Below, piece after piece: positions 1 to 9,416 of a DNA stretch of 64,000 nucleotides; positions within the stretch are counted from its first letter, which is position 1, and the number at the start of each line of letters is the position of its first letter. Origin of the DNA: an uncultured delta proteobacterium (GTDB lineage Bacteria; Desulfobacterota; Desulfobacteria; Desulfobacterales; Desulfatirhabdiaceae); assembly GCA_963789395.1 (NCBI GenBank), contig CAWBKP010000019.1:32001-96000 (forward strand). Reading direction: 5' to 3'. A program made the position numbers and the translations under genes. The notes under the pieces are model-generated. The model was given only the letters and a program-made list of their open reading frames with translations. It did not search any database and was not told the DNA's origin.

Positions 1-195
1 GCGTCGCGTGATTTTGAATGCATCTGAGGCCTTACCGCCACATACCACACAGGCTTTGGGAAGACTCGGGTGCTCTTCACCAAAATGACGTGAAAATCCT
101 GCCGGAATTGTTGTGAAAAAAGTATTCAAATTATATCCGAGCCTGGCATGTTCACGAATTGTTTCCAGTTATCGCACCGGTCTCCACTTGCCGTC

Positions 196-747
196 TCAGG
201 CGGCATGCTGTCTCACCCATGCGGCATACTGGTCCATCCAGTTCTGAAGAAATTGTCTGCTGTCTGCGGCGATATTGCCGGCCGCGTCAAACAGCCCATC
301 CTTAACATGGATGAATGCTTCCGGCTGGCCAAGCGTCGGTACGTCCAGATATGCGAGAACATTGCGCAAATGCTGCTGCGCAATAGCCGTGCCGATGGTA
401 CCGATCGAAGCGCCCAGCACACCGGCCGGTTTTCCCGCCCAGGCGTTCTGGCCATAAGGACGCGAAGCGTGGTCGATTGCATTTTTGAGGACGCCGGGCA
501 TCGAGCGGTTATATTCCGGCGTGACAAACAACAGACCATGCGCATCCTTGATCTCGTTTTTCAGCCGTTTGACGGATTCTGCCGGATTGGCGTCGTCGTC
601 CTGGTTGTAAAGGGGCAGATCATCGATTTTCAGCTGTTTGAAGGAGAACTCCGGCGGCGCCAGTTTTACAATGGCGGTTGCCAGTTTGCGATTGAACGAA
701 TCCTTGCGAAGGCTTCCAACGACAACTGCGATATGATAAGTGTTCAT
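196..747 (-). CDS. NAD(P)H-dependent FMN reductase (ChrR/SsuE-like flavoprotein)
   Basis: GSLRKDSFN and TPEYNRSMPGVLKNAID motifs of the FMN_red family; GGAG RBS upstream. Confidence 0.92.
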   Translation of the reverse strand: MNTYHIAVVVGSLRKDSFNRKLATAIVKLAPPEFSFKQLKIDDLPLYNQDDDANPAESVKRLKNEIKDAHGLLFVTPEYNRSMPGVLKNAIDHASRPYGQNAWAGKPAGVLGASIGTIGTAIAQQHLRNVLAYLDVPTLGQPEAFIHVKDGLFDAAGNIAADSRQFLQNWMDQYAAWVRQHAA

Positions 748-912
748 GGCGATCTCCTTTTACTAAAACAGGTTTGTAGTGCATAAATATAATTCATCTG
801 GCGCAGTTATCAACAGCAATATTTATAACAACTTGAAACCATGCATATATTGACTCAGTCGCGAACGGGAAACCGGTTTGTTTTTTGGCGGATATGAGTT
901 CGTCACGAATAA

Positions 913-947
913 AAAACCCCGTTCCGGGTATCCGGTAACGGGGTTTT
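913..947 (-). terminator. Intrinsic terminator downstream of the octaheme cytochrome gene
   Basis: AAAACCCCGTT...AACGGGGTTTT inverted repeat followed by a T-run on the minus strand. Confidence 0.75.
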
Positions 948-970
948 GAACAGGGGGGTGATATTTATCG

Positions 971-2371
971 TTACTGTTTGCCGAAAATCTCGGGCGGCTT
1001 GACTTTGCTGCCGGTGGCGCCGGGAAAGTCGATAGTCCTGTAGGATTTCTCGTTGGTCTGGATCAGATGGTTGGATTCTTCCATGAAGTTGTTGTAACGT
1101 TTTTTGCATTCATAAAATCCGTGCCACCAGGAATAGTCAGGCGCCATCATGGCAGCGCCCATCCTGGCCCTGCGCCCCTCATGGTGCCACAATTCATAAT
1201 ATTCAACCTCCAGTCTCTCGTCAAAGAACCGGCTCTTGTCCAGCAGTCCTTTTGCATAGAGCTCATCCAGCGTTTTTTTGGCGGGTTTGAAATAGACGTC
1301 GTTGTATTCGTTAACCACCTTATCGAGTTTGACATAGTGAGAATCCACCCAGGTTTTCCCATGGCACTGCATACAGACGTCCTGCATCTTTTTCCGTTCG
1401 GCCTGCCAGTTGGTTTTGGCCGGAAACGCGGCAAAGTCCGAAGGCCGGACAGTCAGAGGCGCCTGAAGCTCCCAAGAAAGCCGTTCCGTCACGTCATGGC
1501 TGGTAAGCACCGGGCCCGAACCGGACATGTGGCAGGCGGCACAGGTGGGGGCTCTGTAATCCACACCCGGCGTCCAAGTTCCCGGGGCGGCATTCCAATT
1601 GTATTGATTGCCAAAGGCCGAATAGATGTCTCCGTGCTTGCTTTCCGTGAAAATCTCGATCTGTGGGTGATCCGGTCCCAGATGGCACTGGCCGCATGCT
1701 TCTGGTTTGCGGGCTTCCATTACCGAAAACCGGTGTCTCGTATGGCAACTGCTGCAACTGCCCTTGGAGCCGTCCATGTTGATGCGTCCGACGCCGACAT
1801 TGGGCCAGGTATCCGGATCGAGCTGATCCCCTTTCATTTTCAATATGGTTCCGTGGCAGTGATAGCAGCCGGCAATCCGTTCCGTGTCGCTGTTCATGCC
1901 GTCATTCAGCCAGGGATCTATTTTCCAGATAATTTCGTCGGTATTGGCGTGTTTGCTGACGCTGAACTGCTTGGCCTCATCCGGATGGCAGCGGGAGCAA
2001 TCCTTGGGCGTGACCACGGCAGAAATGGGCACCATGTATTCCTTGGTACCGTAAGTCAAATCGGATCGTTCATATTGTTTGTAATGGCTCTTGCTTACAT
2101 CCGGATCGGTTTTGTCCGCCTTGTGGCAGTCATAACAGGTGATGTTGGCGCTGGCATGCCGGCTGTGTGCCCAGTCGTTAAAGAGTCCCGGATGCTCCCG
2201 TTTGTGGCATTCGATACAGGCAATGGCTTCCTTGGACATGCTGCGTTCAATGCGGAACTCTTTTTCTTTCGCGGTGTTCACTTGTGCCGGGGCGTCGGCA
2301 GCCCAACTGCTGGTCAGAGCAAGGACCGCCAAACTGCCACAGACCATTATCATACTCAAAACCCTTTTCAT
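971..2371 (-). CDS. Octaheme cytochrome c, hydroxylamine oxidoreductase (HAO/epsilon-Hao) family
   Basis: Signal peptide; eight CxxCH motifs (CIECH, CYDCH, CSRCH, CYHCH, CSSCH, CGQCH, CAACH, CMQCH); GPDHPQIEIFTESKHG and GRRARMGAAMMAPDYSWWHG HAO-family segments. Confidence 0.9.
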   Translation of the reverse strand: MKRVLSMIMVCGSLAVLALTSSWAADAPAQVNTAKEKEFRIERSMSKEAIACIECHKREHPGLFNDWAHSRHASANITCYDCHKADKTDPDVSKSHYKQYERSDLTYGTKEYMVPISAVVTPKDCSRCHPDEAKQFSVSKHANTDEIIWKIDPWLNDGMNSDTERIAGCYHCHGTILKMKGDQLDPDTWPNVGVGRINMDGSKGSCSSCHTRHRFSVMEARKPEACGQCHLGPDHPQIEIFTESKHGDIYSAFGNQYNWNAAPGTWTPGVDYRAPTCAACHMSGSGPVLTSHDVTERLSWELQAPLTVRPSDFAAFPAKTNWQAERKKMQDVCMQCHGKTWVDSHYVKLDKVVNEYNDVYFKPAKKTLDELYAKGLLDKSRFFDERLEVEYYELWHHEGRRARMGAAMMAPDYSWWHGFYECKKRYNNFMEESNHLIQTNEKSYRTIDFPGATGSKVKPPEIFGKQ

Positions 2372-2474
2372 ACGTCAGCCCCCTTTACTCATGTTGTTGG
2401 ACTCCTGTCAGTCCGATGTCAAAAAGATTTGATGTAACCGGTATTTTTATTATAAAAATGGATATGATCCGATT

Positions 2475-3029
2475 CTAAAGACCTATGCCGCGATAGTCAT
2501 CCTGGTATTGCTTGTACTGGTAAACCTGCGAGTCGTTATGAACAAGATTGCGATGGCAGTCCACACACCGTTTTTCATAACCGGGGCGCGGGTAAAGAAC
2601 ATCCCGGTGCGCCAGCATGGCGCCGCGTTTATTCGGAATATAGAGAATATTGCGATGACATTTCTGACATTGCTCGTTTTTAAAGGAGGCATAGGCAGCC
2701 TCGCGATTTTTGGCGTGATCGTAAGGCTTGTTGGTAAAAAAGTGTACGAAAAGATCTTTTACACCATGAAAGGTTTTGGCGTAGAAAAAATTGACGGTGT
2801 CGTGGGGTGCGGGCAGATGACAGTCCATGCAGTCTGCGACAAATCCCTGGGCATTATTGACGTGAGTTGAGGTTTGCCAGGTGTTGTAGGCGAACTGGAT
2901 CTCATGGCAGGAGGCGCAGAACTGGGGTGTTGATGTTCGAACCATGGTATAGTAGGACATGCTGAAAAGCGGAAATGCGATGATGATGCCTGCAAGGACC
3001 AGTAATGTGCCGACAATGGTTTTTTTCAT
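2475..3029 (-). CDS. NapC/NirT-family membrane-anchored tetraheme cytochrome c (quinol dehydrogenase)
   Basis: N-terminal TM helix, TSTPQFCASCH and three more CxxCH motifs; start moved to MKKTIVG at 3029. Confidence 0.9.
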   Translation of the reverse strand: MKKTIVGTLLVLAGIIIAFPLFSMSYYTMVRTSTPQFCASCHEIQFAYNTWQTSTHVNNAQGFVADCMDCHLPAPHDTVNFFYAKTFHGVKDLFVHFFTNKPYDHAKNREAAYASFKNEQCQKCHRNILYIPNKRGAMLAHRDVLYPRPGYEKRCVDCHRNLVHNDSQVYQYKQYQDDYRGIGL

Positions 3030-3164
3030 ATCTTCACTTCCGTAGCAAGGGAGGGTGGCATGGATTTGGCCATGTCTTGTTCCAGGAAAACCCGATCGGG
3101 CTTGACGCGATTGCGATGATTGCATAAAAAGATCAAGCTGATTCTATCTTTAACAGAGACTGTT

Positions 3165-3201
3165 GTAAAATTGAGGTAAAAGGTTGTAAAGAAGATGTAA
3201 A
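3165..3201. promoter_or_regulatory. Four phased GTAAA direct repeats, putative OmpR/CpxR-type regulator binding site
   Basis: GTAAA at 3165, 3176, 3186, 3197 (spacing 11, 10, 11 bp) in the divergent intergenic region. Confidence 0.55.
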
Positions 3202-3281
3202 TATTGACTTTCGGAAGGTGCCGGATGTGCTTAACGCCGAACCCGGCGTTTCAGAAACACTGCTGGACGATAAATCAGACG

Positions 3282-4931
3282 ATGCTGCCTGCCTATATCA
3301 AACAGAGAATATCCATTAAATTTTTTGGTCTGACGACGATTTTTATCGGCCTTGTCTTTGCCGTTCTGTATCTGTGGTTGTCCCAGCGTCAGGAAAAATT
3401 GATTCTGGCTCAGGTTGAAAAACAGGCCATTATCCTGCATCGGCAAATCGTGCTGACCCGGCAGTGGGTATCCGACCACCACTATGTGCTGGTGCCTGAG
3501 AGCAGGTCCGTTCACATGCCCGATCTTTCGGAGACACCCGAGCCGGACGAGCGTAATAACGTTAAATTTATTCGCGTCACTCCCGCCGAACTGACCAAAC
3601 AACTGTCGGATTATGCCAGTCAAAGCAATCTGTATACGTTCACCCTGACCAATTTTAACGGGTTGAATCCGAAAAACCAGCCCGATCCGTTTGAATCCAA
3701 GGTGATCATGGAATATCGTGCTGCATCCGCTCTGTCCATGAGCCGGATCGAGTTTTCCAACGGCAAATATTTTTTCCGCTATACGGCGCCGCTGGTGGTC
3801 AGGGACAGCTGCCTGTCCTGTCATGCCAATTTTCACAGGAAGGTGGGTGATGTGGGAGGATGCATCAGCGTATTCATTCCGTTCAGCGAGGCCAGGGCCG
3901 CCATGCATCAGGAAAACATGTCCCTGCTTGTTGCGATGACGGGACTCACCGGCTCTGTTATTCTGGTGTTGTATCTTTTTACGCGGAGACTGATTTTCAA
4001 GCCTATCAGAGCCATTCGAAATGTTACTTCCCGGATCAGGGATGAAACCTTTAACGACATACAGACCGGTGACGGCGACGAGTTGAAGGATGTCATGGGT
4101 CTGTGTTATCTGATGGATCAGAAGCTGAAAAACCAGCATGAAGACCTGGAGCGGAAAATCAATGCGGCCACCGCGGATTTGCAGACCACCAATGTTAAAC
4201 TGGAACAGGCCAATCAGCAGCTGGTCACGATTAACAACGCCAAATCCGAGTTTCTGTCGGATGTGTCTCATGAATTGAGGACCCCGTTGACGGCCATCAG
4301 GGGTGCTGTGGACATTCTTGTCCGAAAGGCATCCTGCAGTGATCCCGCCTATCTGGATATCATCCGCAAAAACACGGACTATCTCACGCGGGGCATTCTG
4401 GATTTTCTCGACTATTCCAGAATCGAATCCCGGCATCTGGATCTGGATCTTTCCCCCCACCAGCTGGCACCCATCATTCGGGAGGCCATTGACGCGCAGC
4501 GGTATATTGCACAGGATAAGGGGGTGGATATCGTCTTTGAATGCGAAGGGGACACGATCGTGTCCTGCGACCGGCATCGCGTCCATCAGATTGTGACCAA
4601 TCTCTTATCCAATGCGCTGAAATTCTCGCCCCCTGGAAGCACCGTGGCAGTTCAGATTCGTATCCTTCACAATACGGTTGAAGTTTCCATACAGGATCAG
4701 GGGCCGGGGATCCATCCGGAACACCAGGAGGTCATTTTCAACAAATTCTATCAGGCGCCGCAGGATGAGGGTAATAAAGCATTGCTGAAAGGCGGTTGGG
4801 GTATCGGGCTTGCCATCTGCAAAGGCTTGGTGGAAGCTCACGGCGGGCGTATCCGGGTGGTCAGCGAACCCGGCAGGGGCAGTACCTTCATTTTTTCTCT
4901 GGCCATTGATCCGATGGGAGCGGGAGATTGA
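3282..4931 (+). CDS. Sensor histidine kinase with periplasmic heme-c (DUF3365/Tll0287-like) domain
   Basis: Two TM helices flanking a domain with CLSCH; SHELRTPL H-box, NLLSNALKF N-box, GxGIGL G2 box; start at MLPAYIK preferred. Confidence 0.88.
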   Translation: MLPAYIKQRISIKFFGLTTIFIGLVFAVLYLWLSQRQEKLILAQVEKQAIILHRQIVLTRQWVSDHHYVLVPESRSVHMPDLSETPEPDERNNVKFIRVTPAELTKQLSDYASQSNLYTFTLTNFNGLNPKNQPDPFESKVIMEYRAASALSMSRIEFSNGKYFFRYTAPLVVRDSCLSCHANFHRKVGDVGGCISVFIPFSEARAAMHQENMSLLVAMTGLTGSVILVLYLFTRRLIFKPIRAIRNVTSRIRDETFNDIQTGDGDELKDVMGLCYLMDQKLKNQHEDLERKINAATADLQTTNVKLEQANQQLVTINNAKSEFLSDVSHELRTPLTAIRGAVDILVRKASCSDPAYLDIIRKNTDYLTRGILDFLDYSRIESRHLDLDLSPHQLAPIIREAIDAQRYIAQDKGVDIVFECEGDTIVSCDRHRVHQIVTNLLSNALKFSPPGSTVAVQIRILHNTVEVSIQDQGPGIHPEHQEVIFNKFYQAPQDEGNKALLKGGWGIGLAICKGLVEAHGGRIRVVSEPGRGSTFIFSLAIDPMGAGD

Positions 4932-4935
4932 TCCA

Positions 4936-5640
4936 GTGACGGCACAACAAGGCAAAATCACGATTCTGGTTGTGGATGATGACGCGGATATTCTGACTAT
5001 TTTAAAAGACAATCTGGAACTGGACGGCTATGTTGTCCAGACGGCTTCAAGCGGCGCGGATGCCATCCGGAACGCCGAAAAAAATGATATCGATCTGATC
5101 ATTCTGGATCTCAAGTTGCCGGATCTGGACGGGATTCAGGTCTGCCGGGCCATTCGGACGCATTCGGCTGTTCCGATCATCATGCTTACCGCAAGGGATG
5201 GTGTATCTGACAAGGTGCTGGGGCTTGAGAGCGGCGCGGACGACTACATTGTCAAGCCTTTCGATTATCTCGAGCTGGCAGCCCGAATCCATGCCCGGCT
5301 TCGAAGGCGGGATGTTTTTCAACCCATCACAGCTCCATTGAAAGCGGGGGATCTGGTTTTGAACCCGGCCAATCGCGACGTGTTGATGAACGGGACCAAG
5401 CTGGATCTAACAAAAAAAGAATTCGATATCCTGAATCTGCTGTTTCAATATGCCGGCAACGTGGTGGACCGGGAAACGATCCGCAAATCCTTGTGGCCAA
5501 ACCAGTCGATTTACAAATGGAGCCGCACCATCGACGTCCACATCCAGCACCTGCGCGCAAAACTGGAAGCAAATCCGGAAAATCCGCTTTACATCGTGAC
5601 TGTTCAGGGCGTCGGGTACAAATTGAACTGCCCAGGCTGA
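4936..5640 (+). CDS. OmpR/PhoB-family response regulator
   Basis: VVDDD receiver, LDLKLP, GADDYIVKPF; winged helix RTIDVHIQHLRAKLE and IVTVQGVGY; GTG start next to the kinase stop. Confidence 0.92.
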   Translation: MTAQQGKITILVVDDDADILTILKDNLELDGYVVQTASSGADAIRNAEKNDIDLIILDLKLPDLDGIQVCRAIRTHSAVPIIMLTARDGVSDKVLGLESGADDYIVKPFDYLELAARIHARLRRRDVFQPITAPLKAGDLVLNPANRDVLMNGTKLDLTKKEFDILNLLFQYAGNVVDRETIRKSLWPNQSIYKWSRTIDVHIQHLRAKLEANPENPLYIVTVQGVGYKLNCPG

Positions 5641-5744
5641 TTCCAGAAAGCAATCAGAGTATAGTTGTGTGAACCTTTGAGCAGTCCGTTTTTCAAACAG
5701 GAGGTGCAGCCGTACCGACCCGTCCGTTCCTCTGTCCGCTCGAC

Positions 5745-5885
5745 CCCACAGGTGGTATCGGAAATCCGGGAAAGCATGCCTGAGAAGGGTGCTTTTCCCC
5801 ACCTGGCGTGCCCCCGTCAATACTGTTACCGGAAATTGCTTGACGATCTCTTTGAGTCTAAGGATATCCTGCGCTCGATATAAAT
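5745..5885 (-). pseudogene. 5' remnant of an AAA_14/DUF4143-type ATPase gene
   Basis: LKEIVKQFPVTVLTGARQVGKSTLLRHAFPDFRY (Walker A), after which similarity is lost and the frame runs into the convergent regulator gene; boundaries approximate. Confidence 0.65.
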
Positions 5886-5997
5886 TGTTTCGTGTCGTGA
5901 AATAATTTCACTCATAAGTTGTGTTTAGCATAATTGCAATTCGAATACAAGGCTTCGGATTCGATGCATATCACACGAAAAGCCCGGCGGAAGCAGA

Positions 5998-6026
5998 TTG
6001 ACAAATCATAAATATGACATCATAAT
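5998..6026 (+). promoter_or_regulatory. Sigma70-type promoter of the TA operon
   Basis: TTGACA-N17-CATAAT, overlapped by repeated ATCATAA(TGA) motifs that may be operators. Confidence 0.65.
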
Positions 6027-6065
6027 GATTTCAAGTAATGCAATCATAATGACGGGGCCTTGCAC

Positions 6066-6461
6066 ATGAAGCGGATTATCATCGACACGAATTTTTATGT
6101 CGCTTTCAAAAAGCGGGACGATGTCGCCGTTGCTACGTTGAGAAAAGCGGATTATATTGCTGTCAACACGGTTATCTTGGGTGAATTGCTGGCAGGTTTT
6201 CGTTGCGGAACCAGAGAGAAACAGAATCGGGAGGAACTGGATCTTTTTTTCGACTCACCCCGTGTGAATTTTCTTTCCGTTGACGACGAGACCGCTGAAT
6301 TCTTTACCCAGATATTTGCCGACTTGAAACAAAATGGACGTCCCATTCCCACAAACGACCTGTGGATAGCGGCTTCGGCCATGCAGCACGGTTTGGCGCT
6401 GGCAACCTATGATGATCATTTCAAAAGCATCGGCGGTCTGTTGCTGGCAAACAAGATATAA
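6066..6461 (+). CDS. vapC: PIN-domain toxin, VapC family
   Basis: IIIDTN, GELLAG, PIPTNDLWIAASA, LATYDDHF: conserved acidic PIN residues. Confidence 0.92.
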   Translation: MKRIIIDTNFYVAFKKRDDVAVATLRKADYIAVNTVILGELLAGFRCGTREKQNREELDLFFDSPRVNFLSVDDETAEFFTQIFADLKQNGRPIPTNDLWIAASAMQHGLALATYDDHFKSIGGLLLANKI

Positions 6462-6475
6462 AAGGAGAAATACCG

Positions 6476-6733
6476 ATGGGAACAATAACCTTGCGCGGCG
6501 TAGATGAGCAGATTGCAGGCGCATTGAAGGCGCGGGCTGGAAAAGAGGATGCCAGCGTCAATACCGTTATGCTCAGAATTCTCAAGGAATCCCTGGGCCT
6601 TGAGAAGAAGAAGCGAAGCGTTTTTTACGACGATCTCGATCACCTGGCCGGCACCTGGAGCGAAGAGGATGCGGCCGAGTTTGAGCGGGCTTCCGCCGTG
6701 TTCGAAGCAGTGGATACGGATTTTTGGAAATGA
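6476..6733 (+). CDS. Antitoxin, FitA-like ribbon-helix-helix
   Basis: MGTITLRGVDEQIAGALKARA...SVN RHH-type N-terminus, acidic C-terminus with LAGTWS; AAGGAG RBS; adjacent to vapC. Confidence 0.82.
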   Translation: MGTITLRGVDEQIAGALKARAGKEDASVNTVMLRILKESLGLEKKKRSVFYDDLDHLAGTWSEEDAAEFERASAVFEAVDTDFWK

Positions 6734-6916
6734 GGTGGGCACAATGTTTTCTTGATCTACATTGCCATGTAAGTTGAAATTATTGATGTAATCGACAGAA
6801 ATTATGACATTTTCGTGGAATAAAGTTATCAAAAGGAGAATGGCCATAACCCAAGTTTAACTTCTGGAACAGTCTGGATAACCAAGAAATTAATCTACTC
6901 GAAAGGAAATTAAGTC

Positions 6917-8030
6917 ATGATTGTAGGCATATTAAAGGAAATAAAGACAGAGGAGAATCGGGTATGCATGACACCTGCCGGCGTCGAAGTCATGATCGCC
7001 AATGGGCATACCCTGCTGGTGGAAAAATCAGCAGGTATCGGCAGCGGGTTTGATGATGCTGCTTATGCCAAAGCAGGCGCGGAGATCGTGAGCACACCGG
7101 CGGAAATCTTTAAAAGATCCGACATGGTCATGCACGTTAAAGAACCGCTGCCCGCCGAGTACGATCTGATCCGTGAAGGGCAGATAATTTTCACTTATCT
7201 TCATCTTGCGGCGGACGAGAGACAGACTCGAGGCGCTCATTAAAAGCAAGGCCATTTGCATCGCTTACGAAACCATTCAGAAACCGGACGGATCCCTGCC
7301 GCTGCTGACCCCCATGAGTGAAGTGGCCGGTAGAATGGCGATCCAGCAAGGGGCCAAATATCTGGAAATGGCCCAGGGCGGTCGTGGGGTGCTGCTGGGC
7401 GGGGTGCCTGGCGTGGATCCCGCAAATGTGGTGGTGATCGGCGGCGGTATCGTCGGCATCAATGCCGCCAAGATGGCCTGCGGCCTGGGCGCCAAAGTCT
7501 ATATACTGGATATGAATCTGGACCGGCTGCGGTATTTGAGCGATGTGATGCCGGCCAATTGCTTCAACCTGTATTCCAGCCCTGCCGCGGTTCGCGAACT
7601 GGTTAAACAGGCGCATGTGGTCGTGGGAGCCGTGCTGATTCCCGGCGCCAAGGCCCCCAAACTGGTTACCCGGGAGATGCTTAAAACCATGAAGCCGGGA
7701 GCGGTAATGGTGGATGTGGCGATTGATCAGGGCGGCTGTTTTGAAACTTCCAAAGCCACTACCCACGGCAACCCCATCTATACGGTGGAAAACGTGGTGC
7801 ATTACTGTGTGGCCAATATGCCGGGCGCCGTGCCGCGGACATCGACACTGGCCCTGACCAATGCCACCCTGCCCTATGCGGTGAAGATTGCCAACAAGGG
7901 GTGGAAAAAAGCCATGCAGGACAATCCTGATATCAAACTCGGGGCCAATGTGGTTCAGGGGCATATCACCTATCAGGGGGTGGCCGATGCCTTTAATCTA
8001 AAATATGTTCCAATTGATACAGTGCTGTAA
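6917..8030 (+). CDS. ald: Alanine dehydrogenase (one frameshift near 7230)
   Basis: [51 protein letters not shown] spread over two overlapping ORFs. Confidence 0.93.
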
Positions 8031-8046
8031 ATCAATATTCAAAGAG

Positions 8047-8105
8047 ATCTGCCAGGCCGGTGATGGAATCGGATGTGCCGATAAAATATAGCCGGCCTGG
8101 CAGAT
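8047..8105. repeat. 14-bp inverted repeat downstream of ald (stem-loop)
   Basis: ATCTGCCAGGCCGG ... CCGGCCTGGCAGAT. Confidence 0.6.
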
Positions 8106-8521
8106 TCAGAGGAAGCATTTCGGATATTCGTTCCCTGCGGCTGCAGGTGGATGAATAATTGCAGGGAAAAATTCAAGCCGGCAGTCTTTTGCCGGGATAG
8201 TTTATCAACCTGAACAAGATCAGTCGGCTTTTGATCCGCCTTTCATGCCATAATCCCCCCTCAAGATTGTCTTTGTGCTCTTCTCAACCGACTCTGCGAA
8301 GAGATGAACATTCGCAAATGGCTTCCATGGTACCTGTCATTGCGATTCAGACTCGGGAACTGATCACCTGCTGATGCCAGGAAATCGGATCGCAAATGAT
8401 CTTGACAGAACACGGGGCAGGTGCTACCCAAAAACTCAAAAACGCGATTCCGTATATCAATTTTCTTTCAAAAGACGTTCCTGCAAACATTCTGAGTGAG
8501 ACTGCGAAAGGATCATCAATT

Positions 8522-9416
8522 ATGCAAACCAAACCCCGAATTGCTTTCCTTGGCCTTGGCATCATGGGCCTGCCCATGGCCGGGCACCTGCTAAAGGCCG
8601 GCTTTCCAGTCACTGTTTACAATCGCACGGCCGACCGAGCCAAAGACCTGGTACTGGCAGGGGCCCGGCAGGCCGCAACCCCGGCAAAAGCCGCCTCAGG
8701 GGCGGACTTTGTCATCAGTATGGTCACAGACGGTCCGGACGTCGAAGCAGGTGCTTGTTGGACTCGACGGAGCCGTGCACGGGGCCCGGCCCGGCGCGGT
8801 GTTCATCGATATGTCCACCATCAGCCCGGAGACGGCCCGAAACCTGGCGGATGCGCTTTCCCGTCACCAGATCGAATTCCTGGACGCTCCGGTGAGCGGG
8901 GGGGACGTGGGTGCCCGAAACGCCACCTTGACCATCATGGTCGGCGGCAAGCAGGAGGTGTTCGAGAAGGCCCGGCCGGTGCTTGAAGTTATGGGCAATC
9001 GGCTCACCTATATCGGTCCGGCCGGGTCCGGCCAGGTGGTAAAGGCCTGCAACCAAGTGGTGTCGGCGGTCAACTTGCTGGCGGTATGCGAGGCCCTGGT
9101 GCTGGCAGAGAAAAACGGCATTGATCCGCAGACCATGATCCACGTGCTATCCGGCGGGGCATCCCAGTCCTGGTCACTGGAAAACCTGGGTACGCGCATC
9201 GTCAAGGGTGATTTTGCACCCGGGTTCATGGTCAAGCTGATGCAGAAGGACCTCGATATTGTCCTTTCCATGGCCTTGCGCAACAGCCTCACCCTGCCCG
9301 GGACCGACCTGGTACAACGGTTTATGGAGGACAGCACAGCGCACGGCGAGGCCGAGGAGGGAACCCAGGCACTTTACAAGGCGCTTAAACGGGCGGCGGG
9401 AAGATCAATCAAATGA
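8522..9416 (+). CDS. NAD(P)-dependent oxidoreductase, 3-hydroxyisobutyrate dehydrogenase/tartronate semialdehyde reductase family (frameshift near 8750)
   Basis: IAFLGLGIMG, IDMSTISP, LDAPVSGG, GQVVKACNQ, MQKDL motifs. Confidence 0.9.

Noticed and set aside
1..195. Gene or RNA at the left edge
   Set aside because: Too little sequence and no recognisable motif
1067..2437. Long antisense ORFs (also 3231-4586, 9891-11597, 48759-49622 and similar)
   Set aside because: Shadows of well-supported genes on the opposite strand, with no motifs of their own
8106..8520. Long intergenic region as a riboswitch, sRNA or sigma54 promoter
   Set aside because: No recognisable aptamer; TGGTAC...TTGC near 8328 has 11-nt rather than 10-nt spacing
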